The notes below the pieces were generated by a model that had not been told where the DNA came from, made no database searches, and worked only from the letters and a program-made list of their open reading frames with translations. The translations under genes and the position numbers were made by a program. A stretch of 64,000 bases of DNA from IMG/VR virus record IMGVR_UViG_3300045886_000052, positions 4,080-68,079 of that record; one strand, given 5' to 3'. Numbering within the stretch: the first letter of the stretch is position 1; the number at the start of each line of letters is the position of its first letter. Positions 1 to 9,312 of this stretch are shown one piece after another. This stretch comes from a virus.

Positions 1-1
1 C

Positions 2-967
2 CCGGTTTCGCAGCCATCGGAATTTTCCGCGTCGGGCTACGCGACGATTCTCGACGTTGTGCCGAACCCGACAGTGATCGAGATCGTGAAATATACGAGC
101 AAATCCGGCAACGACTTGGTAGTTCCCACCGGCGGGCGCGGGCAGCAGGGAACCAGCGCCGCAGCGTTCAGCGCCGGCGCGGTCGTTGAGCAGCGGCCCA
201 CGCAACGTCATCACGGCGTATTGCGCGACGCCATAATTGAGATCGAGAAGAAGATCGGATACGGCAACGTATTCGCGCCGCTCGACGCGTCCGGCACGAA
301 TCAGGCAGGCGTCGATAACGACTTCTCAGGCGGACGTGGAACGGGCACCGGCATACCCGGCAATATGAGAGTCCGCTACCCGCTGATTGGCGCGACCGGT
401 ACGACCCTGCACGCGCTGAGCAATACCAGCGATGATTTCGTGCCGACCACTAGCGCCTACTCGAACACGTCGAACGGGACGGCGATTGCCAACTCGGCAA
501 GCGAAACGAGTTTGTTTACCGGCGCCGGGGTAAGCGCCGGATCGACGCGCACGATCGAGGGCGGGATCGCCAGGGCGGGCGCGGTGTATCGAATCGTAAT
601 CGCCGGAGACTTCGGCGCGACCTCGGGTCCTACCGGTCGCATCAAGTTCAAGCTCGGCTCGACGATCATCGCCGACACCAATACCTTCACGATGCCGAAC
701 TGCTCGCCGGGCGCTGGAATCTACACGATTGAATTCGACCTACTGATCAACTCGGTCGGCGCGACGGGTACGGCATCCGTCAGGGCATTGCGTGGAACGT
801 TCTCTCCAGGTAGCGGCGGACAGACACCGACATTCGCGTTTGCGTCAGGGGCGCCAACTGTTGATTTCACGGCTAATCAGACGATGGACATCACGTTTCA
901 ATGGGGCACGGCCAACTCGAACAATACGATTATTCTGACGATGGCGAGCATTCAGAGGATCAGATAG
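2..967 (+). CDS. Virion/tail fibre-like protein (5' truncated by window edge)
   Basis: Frame is open from position 2; Gly/Thr/Ser-rich, beta-type sequence; translationally coupled to downstream tail genes. Confidence 0.6.
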   Translation, partial: PVSQPSEFSASGYATILDVVPNPTVIEIVKYTSKSGNDLVVPTGGRGQQGTSAAAFSAGAVVEQRPTQRHHGVLRDAIIEIEKKIGYGNVFAPLDASGTNQAGVDNDFSGGRGTGTGIPGNMRVRYPLIGATGTTLHALSNTSDDFVPTTSAYSNTSNGTAIANSASETSLFTGAGVSAGSTRTIEGGIARAGAVYRIVIAGDFGATSGPTGRIKFKLGSTIIADTNTFTMPNCSPGAGIYTIEFDLLINSVGATGTASVRALRGTFSPGSGGQTPTFAFASGAPTVDFTANQTMDITFQWGTANSNNTIILTMASIQRIR

Positions 968-1123
968 ATGCCGAACGCGTTCGATGATTATGTATGGGAC
1001 GGCGCTGCGTGGGACGGCGGCGACGCGATAGACCTCGCGACAGCGTCAGTCGAGGAGATGTGCATTGACTGCGAAGCCGTCTGGGAGATCACGCTCGACG
1101 GTGGCGAAGTGGAGGTTTGTTAG
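968..1123 (+). CDS. Small acidic hypothetical protein (51 aa), not in ORF track
   Basis: ATG directly after the upstream TAG, and its TAG directly precedes the next ATG; MPNAFDDYVWDG...EVEVC. Confidence 0.6.
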   Translation: MPNAFDDYVWDGAAWDGGDAIDLATASVEEMCIDCEAVWEITLDGGEVEVC

Positions 1124-1501
1124 ATGCCGACGAAGGTTTTGGACATAACGACGCTGACCCGGGGCAACGACGTTGTCTTGAAGTTTACCGTCAAAACGAC
1201 CGTTGATCTGGCGTCCGCGAAATTCACGGTCAAGCGCAGCTTCTTGAATGCGGACTCGGTTGCGGCCGTCGCCAAGGTCGTCACGGTGAATCTCACGGCG
1301 GACGGGCAAATCACGGACGTTGGCGGCGCTGACGACTTGGCGATGGTTCAAATTATCCTGGCGAAAGCAGACACCGCTGCCATTCAGGCCGACCTGGATT
1401 ACGTGTGGGACTTGGAGGTCTTCGACGCGACGGTTAAAGCGACGACGCCGGTTGGCGGAAGGATCTTCATGCACGAACGCGTGAGAAAGCTGATGGGATA
1501 A
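1124..1501 (+). CDS. BppU-N/fibre-adaptor-like virion protein, paralogue of 58632-59018
   Basis: RGND...KFTVK...GQITD...YVWDLEV pattern shared with 58632-59018. Confidence 0.55.
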   Translation: MPTKVLDITTLTRGNDVVLKFTVKTTVDLASAKFTVKRSFLNADSVAAVAKVVTVNLTADGQITDVGGADDLAMVQIILAKADTAAIQADLDYVWDLEVFDATVKATTPVGGRIFMHERVRKLMG

Positions 1502-1502
1502 T

Positions 1503-2153
1503 ATGCCGCGAAAAATGCCACAGGGATGGCCGGAACTACTTGCTCGCCACGACAAACAGATTGAAACGCATTCGACGCTGCACCTGTCGGTGGACGACGG
1601 CGATATTTTGCGCGATTACTACTTCGCGACCGCGCGCCTGGTAATTGACGGAATCGAATACGAACCGCAGTTGCGCAAGGGCGGTCAGATCAAATCGAGT
1701 CTGACGCGCGCCGTGGACCAGGGAACCGTCGAAGCGCAAAACGCCGACCTGACGACCGGCCACGAATTCCTCGGCTTGGGACAATCCCTTTACGGCGCCA
1801 AGGTGGAGATCGGGATCTGGTGGCGCGATCACGTCAGCGGTGTCGAGGCTCATAAAGTATTCCAATCCGGCCCGCTGACCTCGTTGAAGGTGAATGAAAC
1901 CGTTACGGCCCTGACCTCGATCGCCGATCCTTATGCGGCCGTCTCGGTCGGCGCGACGCGGCGCGTGGATGCGCTCTGCCAGTTTGAATATAAGGACGCC
2001 GACACCTGCGGCTCAACAAGCTCGGAAGCGGTCTGCAACTTCATGCTTAACCACGAAGGCGGCTGCATTGTGCGGCACGGTGACCCGTTGTTCCGGGCGA
2101 AAAACGGCAGCTTCGCGTTCGCGAACAGCGGATCGAGGTTCAAGAGTCTGTAA
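1503..2153 (+). CDS. Tail tip/hub protein, lambda gpL/DUF2163-like with C-terminal Cys cluster
   Basis: C-terminal CQFEYK...CG...C...C; lies before the central tail protein. Confidence 0.65.
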   Translation: MPRKMPQGWPELLARHDKQIETHSTLHLSVDDGDILRDYYFATARLVIDGIEYEPQLRKGGQIKSSLTRAVDQGTVEAQNADLTTGHEFLGLGQSLYGAKVEIGIWWRDHVSGVEAHKVFQSGPLTSLKVNETVTALTSIADPYAAVSVGATRRVDALCQFEYKDADTCGSTSSEAVCNFMLNHEGGCIVRHGDPLFRAKNGSFAFANSGSRFKSL

Positions 2154-4027
2154 TGGGTAAAGAATTCGACATGGATCTGTTTGTGATCGATCGCGGGGAA
2201 CTGCCGCGGCTCGGTCCGGTTCCATTCGTCGATCCCGGCGAGATCAGCGGCGGTGGTAGTTCGATGGTCGCCGAAAAAGCCGACCAACAGATCGAAGAAT
2301 TCCACCCCGAACTCGGCGGCGTCCTGGCCAAGCCTCATGGCCGGCACGTAACTGCGGGCCACTTGATCTACCACGTTTTCACGGCAGGTTCGCCGAATAA
2401 CACCTTAATCATTTACGTCGCGCTCGGCGAGGGCGAAGGCGCAGGTGGCGGGCATGGCAAGTGGGATAGCGTCGAGAAAGTCTGGTACGCGGGCGAAGAG
2501 CTGAGCGTGTCACCGGACGCGACGACACCGGGCTATCGGTTTCACCCCGGCGAGATTAGCACGGGCGTAGATTCAGGCCCTCAGCAGGTAGATCCGTTTC
2601 AGCCGAGCGGCCTGGCCTATTCGGGAACCGCTTACGTCGCGGTGATGCTAAACGGCCCGACTGTTGAAAATCGGCCGAACGAGTTGAGAGTCCTGGCCAG
2701 ATGCCGCGAGGTTCCCGACTTCGACGCGACCGGCAGATTGCTCGGCTTCAGTTACAGCACGAATCCCGCGCGGATCGCAGCCGAGTGCGTTTTGACCTAT
2801 TGGGAGCGTAAGTTTCCAAACGACCCGGCGCTTGCGCTGCGCAAGACGCAGGAAATGATTGATTGGGAGTTCTGGACGATCTGGCGCGATGACTGCGACG
2901 AGTTGATCGAATGGTTCAACGGCGTGGAAACTGTAGAGATTCCGCGATGGGAATGCCACGTCGTTTTCACCGCAGACACGAACCTTGCCGACGCTCTCGA
3001 TCAGATATGCGCGACCTGCGCCTCGACGTGGCAGTTGGACGGATCGACAATAATCTTCCTGCCGTTCAACGAGCGCGAACCGATTCATCACTTCGACGAG
3101 TCCAATATCGTCGCGGCGTCCGACGTGGAGCCGCGCGACCTGCGGTTGCGTCCGAATTCCATCCTGATCAAATATCGCGACACCGGCGACACCTTCATGG
3201 GCGTGACGATCTCGGAGGCGCGGCGGCCGGAGCTGAGAATGCAAGCGGGCGAGATCAAGAGCGAGCGCACGATGCCGCCGATGAGCAAATCGCAGGGCGA
3301 CCGATTGGCCGAATTCCAGATGCGGTTCGAGTCCGACAACGACAAGTTGTGGCTTGTTCGCGGCGACGAGACCAGTTTGCACCTGCTGCCGGGCGATTAC
3401 GCGACGGTCTCGCACCTGCTGCCAGGCTGGCCCGATTACCAGCGCGTTCTTGTGCTGGCCGCGACGCTGGCAGGCCCGGAAGAAGCGCCTGATCACGTTG
3501 ATTTCATCCTGCAGAAAATAGAAACCCCGCTGATCGACGACACCGCGCACGGGCCGAAGCAGTTGAAGATCCAGACGCTCAACCCAACGTCGTTCACAAC
3601 TGCCGATCCGGGGCAGGGCGGCTTGGCTGTGACCGGCGCGACCAACACGGGGCACGCGACCACGTCGGCGGATGCTGCGGCCGGGGGCGGATCGCAAACG
3701 AAGACTTGCATCTGGACAGCTTTTCAGACCGTGGGCGGCGTTGTATCGTCGTTGAAGCTGAAGGTGAATTGGGCAGAAGACGGCGACGTTAGCGCTGGCA
3801 CGAATAGTTTTAGACTCCAATACAGCCTCAACGGCGGGTCGAACTGGACTACCGCTTTTGATCATATCGACGTCGAAGACCCGGATTCCGGTGAATTCTC
3901 GGTAACGCTTTCTGCCGCTCAAAATATCTCACAGGTTCAGGTCCGGGACAGGATTATCGCCCAAACGGACAATGCGACCATCGTTGGGACAATTTCAAAT
4001 ATCCGGCTGGAGGTTGAATATTTCTGA
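2153..4027 (+). CDS. Central tail-tip protein (gpJ/phage-tail_3-like)
   Basis: YSGTAYV, STNPA, CDE, IKYRD and LLPGD motifs typical of gpJ-like proteins; 624 aa. Confidence 0.8.
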   Translation: MGKEFDMDLFVIDRGELPRLGPVPFVDPGEISGGGSSMVAEKADQQIEEFHPELGGVLAKPHGRHVTAGHLIYHVFTAGSPNNTLIIYVALGEGEGAGGGHGKWDSVEKVWYAGEELSVSPDATTPGYRFHPGEISTGVDSGPQQVDPFQPSGLAYSGTAYVAVMLNGPTVENRPNELRVLARCREVPDFDATGRLLGFSYSTNPARIAAECVLTYWERKFPNDPALALRKTQEMIDWEFWTIWRDDCDELIEWFNGVETVEIPRWECHVVFTADTNLADALDQICATCASTWQLDGSTIIFLPFNEREPIHHFDESNIVAASDVEPRDLRLRPNSILIKYRDTGDTFMGVTISEARRPELRMQAGEIKSERTMPPMSKSQGDRLAEFQMRFESDNDKLWLVRGDETSLHLLPGDYATVSHLLPGWPDYQRVLVLAATLAGPEEAPDHVDFILQKIETPLIDDTAHGPKQLKIQTLNPTSFTTADPGQGGLAVTGATNTGHATTSADAAAGGGSQTKTCIWTAFQTVGGVVSSLKLKVNWAEDGDVSAGTNSFRLQYSLNGGSNWTTAFDHIDVEDPDSGEFSVTLSAAQNISQVQVRDRIIAQTDNATIVGTISNIRLEVEYF

Positions 4028-5565
4028 TGAGGCTGAGAATCGTCCCGCCAGTTTTTACAGTCTATCCCGGCGACCGGATCGAATTCACCGCGGATGCCGG
4101 GCCGCCGCCACCATTGTGGGCCTCCGTGACGAATAGCGGCGATATTCAGGCCGATTCTTCGCTGGCTATTGACGCCGGGCAGGATTCCACGAGCGCCGTG
4201 GGCGGGCACAAGCTTTTCTCTGGAAGCGGCCGGGTTGAGCTGAAGATCAACAACCTGTGCCTGCCGACCGGGTCCGGCGTGTTGAAGCTCAACGGCGACA
4301 TTACCGACACGAGCGCCTTTGTCTATCAGTACAAGATCGAGATCACGGCGACGGCCGTGACGGTCAAGAACGAAGCCGCCGCGACGATCTTCACCCAGCC
4401 TTATTCCACGGTTTCGGGGGATATTTACCAGCTCGAACTCAACGCCGGATTTCGTCTCTACCGCAAGGGCGCCGAGCTGCATGCGCGCGTCGGCTTGCCC
4501 ACGCAGATTGTTTATCCGATGGGTTACTCGTGCGAGCTGGCCGAGGACACCGTCACCGAACCCGGCGTAATCCCGCCGCCGCGGCTGATCGGTCAGGGCT
4601 GGCGGCTCGGCAATGTCGTTACGTGGACGGCGCCGGCGCACGGCTCGCTCTCGACGACCGGCCCGGGCGTGACCACGGAATATTCCGGCGGCACGGTTCC
4701 CGGTCGCTACACCCTGGCGGCCCAGGTCGAGCCGGGCGCCGACGCGACGGGGGCGCAGCGCGCGACGGCGACCATAGACATCCCGGCGCTCGAAATCCTC
4801 GGCGCTACCGAACTTGAACTGCAACCGGGCCAGAAAGTTAGGATCAAGACCAATTACGATGAGGCGCAAAATCCGCTCATCGCGCTGTCCATAGTGAGCG
4901 GCGGCGGTTCGATTTCAGGCAGCGAATTCACCGCGCCGAGCGCGCCAGGAACTACGATCGTGCGGGCAGCCGCCGCCATCAACGGCCAGGCCGCCAACCT
5001 GACGATCACGGTTCCGGCTGTCGTCGGGCCGGAGATCGGATTCGCGGCGCCGGGCGATCCGGTGGATTTCGCGACCAACCTGACAGATCCGATATGGGCG
5101 GCAAGTTTGGGCCAGATCGCCATCAGCGGCCTGTGGATAGTTCCCGACTTGATCGGACAGAAGGCAAGGATTACCGCGACCGCTGGGGGCGTTACGGTCA
5201 CGCGCGATGTCGAGATCGTCGAGAAGTTCCCGCGCTCGGATTTCAAACTGGATTGGCCGATCGATTACGCGAAGCGGGTGCTATTGAGCGAGGCGGAAGA
5301 CGGGACGCGCACATCGCGAATTAAGACCGCGGCGCGCCGATCCTTCCCGGTGGAATTGCTGGTGGACGCTGTTGAGGATCTGAACGGCAAGGCGGGACTG
5401 CGCACTATCCGCGACTTCTGGGATCGCCATCACCCAGGATTGCGATTCATCATGGAAGATCCGGAGGAGGGAATTCAGCTTGTAATGTACACGGACTCGG
5501 AATTGCGCTGGGTTCACACCGGCGCCGGAATTGAGATAGTGTTTAGGGTGAAGGGGGCTGAGTAG
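4027..5565 (+). CDS. Tail protein with Ig-like repeats and a C-terminal distal-tail (gpM/DUF2460-like) domain
   Basis: SGGGSISGSEFTAP and GQIAISGLWIVP Ig-like repeats; C-terminal EAEDGTRTSR...IRDFWDRH..GLRFIMEDP. Confidence 0.6.
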   Translation: MRLRIVPPVFTVYPGDRIEFTADAGPPPPLWASVTNSGDIQADSSLAIDAGQDSTSAVGGHKLFSGSGRVELKINNLCLPTGSGVLKLNGDITDTSAFVYQYKIEITATAVTVKNEAAATIFTQPYSTVSGDIYQLELNAGFRLYRKGAELHARVGLPTQIVYPMGYSCELAEDTVTEPGVIPPPRLIGQGWRLGNVVTWTAPAHGSLSTTGPGVTTEYSGGTVPGRYTLAAQVEPGADATGAQRATATIDIPALEILGATELELQPGQKVRIKTNYDEAQNPLIALSIVSGGGSISGSEFTAPSAPGTTIVRAAAAINGQAANLTITVPAVVGPEIGFAAPGDPVDFATNLTDPIWAASLGQIAISGLWIVPDLIGQKARITATAGGVTVTRDVEIVEKFPRSDFKLDWPIDYAKRVLLSEAEDGTRTSRIKTAARRSFPVELLVDAVEDLNGKAGLRTIRDFWDRHHPGLRFIMEDPEEGIQLVMYTDSELRWVHTGAGIEIVFRVKGAE

Positions 5566-5569
5566 GCGC

Positions 5570-5665
5570 GTGACCGAACGAACCGCAAAACTGATCGCCA
5601 TCGTAATCGCGCTGCTGATTATCCTGATCGGCCTCGCGCTGTTGATCGCGGCGCCGGCGGGGTAG
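5570..5665 (+). CDS. 31-aa single-TM peptide
   Basis: GTG start 4 nt after the upstream stop; LIAIVIALLIILIGLALLIAA. Confidence 0.4.
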   Translation: MTERTAKLIAIVIALLIILIGLALLIAAPAG

Positions 5666-5684
5666 CGGTTAAGCGGATACGTTT

Positions 5685-5984
5685 TCATCCTTCCCCCTTT
5701 TCGCCTCTGGCGCGGATCGCTTGCGCCCCGGTGGCATATGCGCGAATAAAAGTACCGCCTATAGGCGTATGGGGGTCATGCGCCTCGGAAAATTCGTCAA
5801 GAATCTTCGCGCACGCCTCCCGCTCTGCCTCGACGGCCTGCTGCTCGCCTTCGTCCAATCGGGTGAACTCGGCGATGAGGCAGGCGACATCCTCGCTGAT
5901 TCTGTATTCGGCTAGCCACTCACACGCCCGTCTCGCGGCGGCCAGGGATTGCTGGCGCTGTTCAGGTGTTATGGCTTCGCGCAT
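5685..5984 (-). CDS. Hypothetical protein
   Basis: AEREACAKI motif common in small phage ORFs; last gene of the leftward block. Confidence 0.55.
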   Translation of the reverse strand: MREAITPEQRQQSLAAARRACEWLAEYRISEDVACLIAEFTRLDEGEQQAVEAEREACAKILDEFSEAHDPHTPIGGTFIRAYATGAQAIRARGEKGEG

Positions 5985-6229
5985 AAAACCTCAGTTACGG
6001 GTACGTGCTTGTCCGTTACCCAATCCCAACACGGATTGATTGTCAACCCTCGGCCAAGTCCGAACGGAATAAAGCGCCGTCCTATGTGCTGTCCGCAGCG
6101 GTCGCACCTGTAGACAGTGCGCTGCTCTCCTTTAATCGGGTCAATCGCGCTCAATACCTCTTCGGCGGTGAACTTGTTTTCATTCTTCACATTTCCTCCG
6201 GCTAGGGATTGCTGGCGGTCAGCGGTCAT
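5969..6229 (-). CDS. Hypothetical protein with CxxC (alternative GTG start at 6190)
   Basis: Overlaps its neighbours; GGAGG precedes the GTG. Confidence 0.55.
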   Translation of the reverse strand: MTADRQQSLAGGNVKNENKFTAEEVLSAIDPIKGEQRTVYRCDRCGQHIGRRFIPFGLGRGLTINPCWDWVTDKHVPVTEVLCAKP

Positions 6230-6489
6230 TCTTCGTCTCTACCGCGAAATTGCTTGATGGCCTCGCGCAGGTCGGACTCGTAGCAGTCGCCACGCCAAGA
6301 GTTCTTTCGGCGCTCAATCACGCCCTCGCCCAGCAGTTGCCTGTTGAACACGGCGCATTGTCCGCCGCCCTCAAAGACAATGCCCACCATGGGCGTCTTA
6401 TTCTCCGGGCAGATGAATGTGGCGACATGAAAGCCTTCGCCCGCTACGCCGTTCCGGTGATAAGCGATTTTCTCAATTTTGATTTTCAT
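6226..6489 (-). CDS. Hypothetical phage protein
   Basis: HRNGVAGEGF...NSWRGD motif; ATGA coupling. Confidence 0.65.
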   Translation of the reverse strand: MKIKIEKIAYHRNGVAGEGFHVATFICPENKTPMVGIVFEGGGQCAVFNRQLLGEGVIERRKNSWRGDCYESDLREAIKQFRGRDEE

Positions 6490-6588
6490 ATTGCCTCTTG
6501 CCTCCGGCCAGGGATTGCCGGCGGGCGTTGGCTAGGGATTGCTGGCGTTGTTCGGGTGTCATAGTTTTAGTCGACGCGGAGGGGAGTT

Positions 6589-6798
6589 TCACCCCTCAAC
6601 CTGGTTACGCTTATCGAACCTGGTTCGTAACGCGCGCCGATGTCGCTTGAGCTTTAGCCGCTTCTCAAACTCGCCCGGATGGCATTCAATGAGATGCATA
6701 GCCATGCCCAATTCTTGAAAGAACCGATTGCGGCGCTTCGGACATCCACGCACGGGGCATTGAAAACCTGACCAATTTGTTTGCGCTGCGCATGCCAT
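6589..6798 (-). CDS. Small Zn-finger-like protein
   Basis: CPVRGC...HLIECH; GGAGG RBS before ATG 6798. Confidence 0.5.
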   Translation of the reverse strand: MACAAQTNWSGFQCPVRGCPKRRNRFFQELGMAMHLIECHPGEFEKRLKLKRHRRALRTRFDKRNQVEG

Positions 6799-6934
6799 GT
6801 TCTTTCCTCCATTGTTTCTGACATCCAGTAAATCCTGGGATTGCTGGCGGTCGGTGGTGGTGGTCATATGGTTTTCAAAGTGAAAGATGCGCCGCCTTCC
6901 GGGCCAACGGTAACGCTCTTATAGTGCGTCTTTT

Positions 6935-7057
6935 TTACATATGCGGCCAGCAATGAATCTCCTGCGAGAGGCAGGTGAGCGCGAGGCTCTTATCTTCGGC
7001 GCTGTCTTTGCTGTTCAGGATTTCGGCTTTCTTCTGTTCAAAGTCGGTGATTTTCAT
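6935..7057 (-). CDS. Small hypothetical protein (40 aa)
   Basis: AAGGAG RBS before ATG 7057. Confidence 0.4.
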   Translation of the reverse strand: MKITDFEQKKAEILNSKDSAEDKSLALTCLSQEIHCWPHM

Positions 7058-7070
7058 GATTCTCCTTTGG

Positions 7071-7424
7071 TTAGTATCCGCGCTCGTCGCCCGCAACGTC
7101 GCGAGTCCGCCAGTCGTTGCCCTCGTCGTCAATACCAGGAATCTCGGCTGTACCGGCGACCTGCGCGGGCGTGATTGCTTGAGAGGATTGAAATTGGCGA
7201 ATAGCGTCTTTGACGACCGAGGCGCCGCGTTCGGCTCTCACGTCAATCGTTCCGTCTGACAGGAACGCTACGAAGCCGTTGTCAATCCAGCCCTTTTTCG
7301 CCTGCGTGTTGAATTTGAGATAGAGGCGAACGCTCGTTTCTTTCGTCCACAGTTTTGCGCCGTGGTTGTCGTCCGCGTTGATAATTTCCGCTATTGCCTG
7401 GGCCGCTTCGATTCTGGTTGCCAT
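7071..7424 (-). CDS. Hypothetical protein, first gene after sigma54-type promoter P1
   Basis: GGAGG RBS; KLWTK...RLYLK motif. Confidence 0.65.
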   Translation of the reverse strand: MATRIEAAQAIAEIINADDNHGAKLWTKETSVRLYLKFNTQAKKGWIDNGFVAFLSDGTIDVRAERGASVVKDAIRQFQSSQAITPAQVAGTAEIPGIDDEGNDWRTRDVAGDERGY

Positions 7425-7453
7425 TTTCTTTTCCTCCGGTTGTTGTTTCGCTA

Positions 7454-7564
7454 TTTGGCAATCAGTAAATCCCACGACCCGATTTTCCCGCAGACCGCGC
7501 GAGCCTTGCGACTCTGACCGCGCTGTCGGTGGTTCCCATTCCGTGGGATTTACTGATTGTCAAA
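7454..7564. repeat. 23-bp inverted repeat (22/23) around a 65-nt spacer
   Basis: TTTGGCAATCAGTAAATCCCACG (7454-7476) and CGTGGGATTTACTGATTGTCAAA (7542-7564). Confidence 0.9.
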
Positions 7565-7586
7565 CAGCCCTTACGCCGGTATATAT

Positions 7587-7758
7587 AGCAATAGTCATAC
7601 CGCAGTACGTGGATATAAACCTAGTGCTGTCAATGCCGCATCGCGGCCCGTTTTCCTATCTATACTATTTGGTACGTAGATTTCGGCCATTTCGGATAAA
7701 CGTTGATAGCAATAGGGATAGCTATGCACCAAAACGTATTGCTATTAAACCGTTTGGT
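7587..7758 (-). promoter_or_regulatory. Sigma54-type promoter P1 with three upstream ACCAWWTGGT-like boxes
   Basis: CGGTATGACTATTGCT (GG-N10-GC) at 7587-7602; boxes at 7664, 7728, 7749. Confidence 0.7.
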
Positions 7759-7996
7759 GTGATAATTTGCTGACAGCGCCAACCGGACGCCCTACTGGAA
7801 GCGGTTCAAACGCTCTCAATTTAGCCAAGCCGGTCTCGGTCAAAAGTCGTCGCTTGCCGATCAAATAGAAGTCACCGGCCTCTACTGTCAGTGGTTTACC
7901 GCGATCCTCGAGCGCTTTGATCCGCGAACGGACGGAGCTGCGGCTGGTCAATCCCAGGAGCGCGGCCGCTTGTTCGTAGTTGTATATATTTTCCAT
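7745..7996 (-). CDS. Small HTH (excisionase/MerR-like) DNA-binding protein, copy 1
   Basis: YNYEQAAALLGLTSRSSVRSRI and C-terminal GRP; near-identical to 9471-9722; TACAAT 6 nt before ATG suggests a leaderless mRNA. Confidence 0.75.
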   Translation of the reverse strand: MENIYNYEQAAALLGLTSRSSVRSRIKALEDRGKPLTVEAGDFYLIGKRRLLTETGLAKLRAFEPLPVGRPVGAVSKLSHQTV

Positions 7997-8056
7997 AGCT
8001 GGATTGTACTCAATTTCCGTACCTCGATTTCTCTGTTCGTGCGGCGTGGTCCCATG

Positions 8057-8392
8057 CTAGTACTCCCTCGGTTCATAGCACATTTCGCAGCGGCGAGAAG
8101 TGCGGTGTTTCCCGCACGACTTACAAACGAAAGTTTCAGTGGCTTCGCCCATCGCTATCAATGCTCGCTCCAGGATCGGCACGTTGTGCGCGGCGTCAGC
8201 CTGCGCGGCGTCCAATTTCTCGCGGGCGACTTGCTCGTTTGCGGCCAGGGTGGAATCGAACGCGCCCAACGTCGGCATGGTCACGATCTCCAGGCTGTTG
8301 CGCTCTGTCGCCAGCGCGTTGAGCAGGTCGCGCGCGCTGACCTTGCCCGCCGCGATTCGCTCTTGCAATTTGGTTTCGTTGAGTTGCGCCAT
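8057..8392 (-). CDS. Hypothetical protein with C-terminal CxxC..CxxC
   Basis: GGAGG RBS; flanked by repeat family B. Confidence 0.6.
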   Translation of the reverse strand: MAQLNETKLQERIAAGKVSARDLLNALATERNSLEIVTMPTLGAFDSTLAANEQVAREKLDAAQADAAHNVPILERALIAMGEATETFVCKSCGKHRTSRRCEMCYEPREY

Positions 8393-8450
8393 TTCATTCC
8401 TCCCTTATTCGCGGCCTCGCCGCAGTTGTGGGGCGTGAGGCCCCGGTAGA

Positions 8451-8678
8451 TTAGTCCTCGTCGTAAATCTTCACGTTATCCATGCCGCGTAATTTCTCTT
8501 CTTTCGCTTCCTGAATTGCGCGGGCGCGAGCCGCTTTCGCCGCAGCGCGTTCTTTGGCCTTCTGCGCGCAAGGCTCGCAGGGGATAGCGTCCGCAGCCCA
8601 CGGCGTATTTGGCGCGCCGCACAGGGTGTGTTGTTCGTAGTTGAACCCGTCTCTGTATTGATGTCTGATTTCCGCCAT
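8451..8678 (-). CDS. Hypothetical protein
   Basis: GGAGG RBS; HTLCG...CEPC. Confidence 0.6.
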   Translation of the reverse strand: MAEIRHQYRDGFNYEQHTLCGAPNTPWAADAIPCEPCAQKAKERAAAKAARARAIQEAKEEKLRGMDNVKIYDED

Positions 8679-8745
8679 TTCCTTCCTCCAATTCTCGCGC
8701 GGCCCTCGCCGCAGTTATGGGGCGCGAAGCCCCGGTAGATAACAC

Positions 8746-8931
8746 TTAACCCTCAATGAAAAATGCCGAGTCTCCGTTTTCGTCGTAGGCGTTTACGAAT
8801 CCGTCGGCAGTGGTTCGCGCAAGCTCTTTGGCGCGCTCGGTGGCCGCTTTCAGCCCTTCAATGCTCTCTGTTTTTTCTTCGCCGTTGACTTTGTATTTCA
8901 ATTCGTATTTTCCAGGTTTGGTAGTTGTCAT
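8746..8931 (-). CDS. Hypothetical protein
   Basis: GGAGG RBS; bounded by family B repeats. Confidence 0.6.
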   Translation of the reverse strand: MTTTKPGKYELKYKVNGEEKTESIEGLKAATERAKELARTTADGFVNAYDENGDSAFFIEG

Positions 8932-9051
8932 CTTTCTTTCCTCCGTTTCGCGTTGTGAGTTGGGGGCGGTGAGGCCCCGGTGGATTGCTACTTGATTTTG
9001 TAACTCGCTGCACGCTCCGGCATCGTTCGCGGCGAGAGGCCCCGGTGGACC

Positions 9052-9258
9052 CTAGAAAATGCAGTGCCATTTTTGTTCAATCACCACGTCGGCGTAGCGA
9101 TCCAGCGTCGCTTGGTCTTCCTGCGACTGGCCTGGCCCGAACATTCCGCGCATGTTTGCGACCGTGAAATACTCACGCACCTGTTTCTCTGACTCAAACC
9201 GATCGCCATTGGCGAATCCGGTTGAGTCGTTAATCTCGTCAAAATCACTTCGTGGCAT
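9052..9258 (-). CDS. Hypothetical protein, first gene after promoter P2
   Basis: GGAGG RBS. Confidence 0.6.
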   Translation of the reverse strand: MPRSDFDEINDSTGFANGDRFESEKQVREYFTVANMRGMFGPGQSQEDQATLDRYADVVIEQKWHCIF

Positions 9259-9312
9259 GTCGTTTCCTCCGATTATCGCGCGGCGTCATTGCCGCTGCGA
9301 TACTTATTACTA

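Larger units (their letters stand above)
5941..6849 (-). repeat. Junction repeat family A, CGCCAGCAATCCCT(A/G)GCC(GGAGG), 5 copies
   Basis: Copies at about 5941, 6195, 6501, 6530 and 6836 (partial); encodes RQQSLA; two copies carry the GGAGG RBS. Confidence 0.8.
8411..9050 (-). repeat. Junction repeat family B, TC(T/C)ACCGGGGC..GCCCC..AACT hairpin, 4 copies
   Basis: Copies at about 8411-8450, 8699-8740, 8958-8985 and 9028-9050, each just after a stop codon. Confidence 0.8.
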
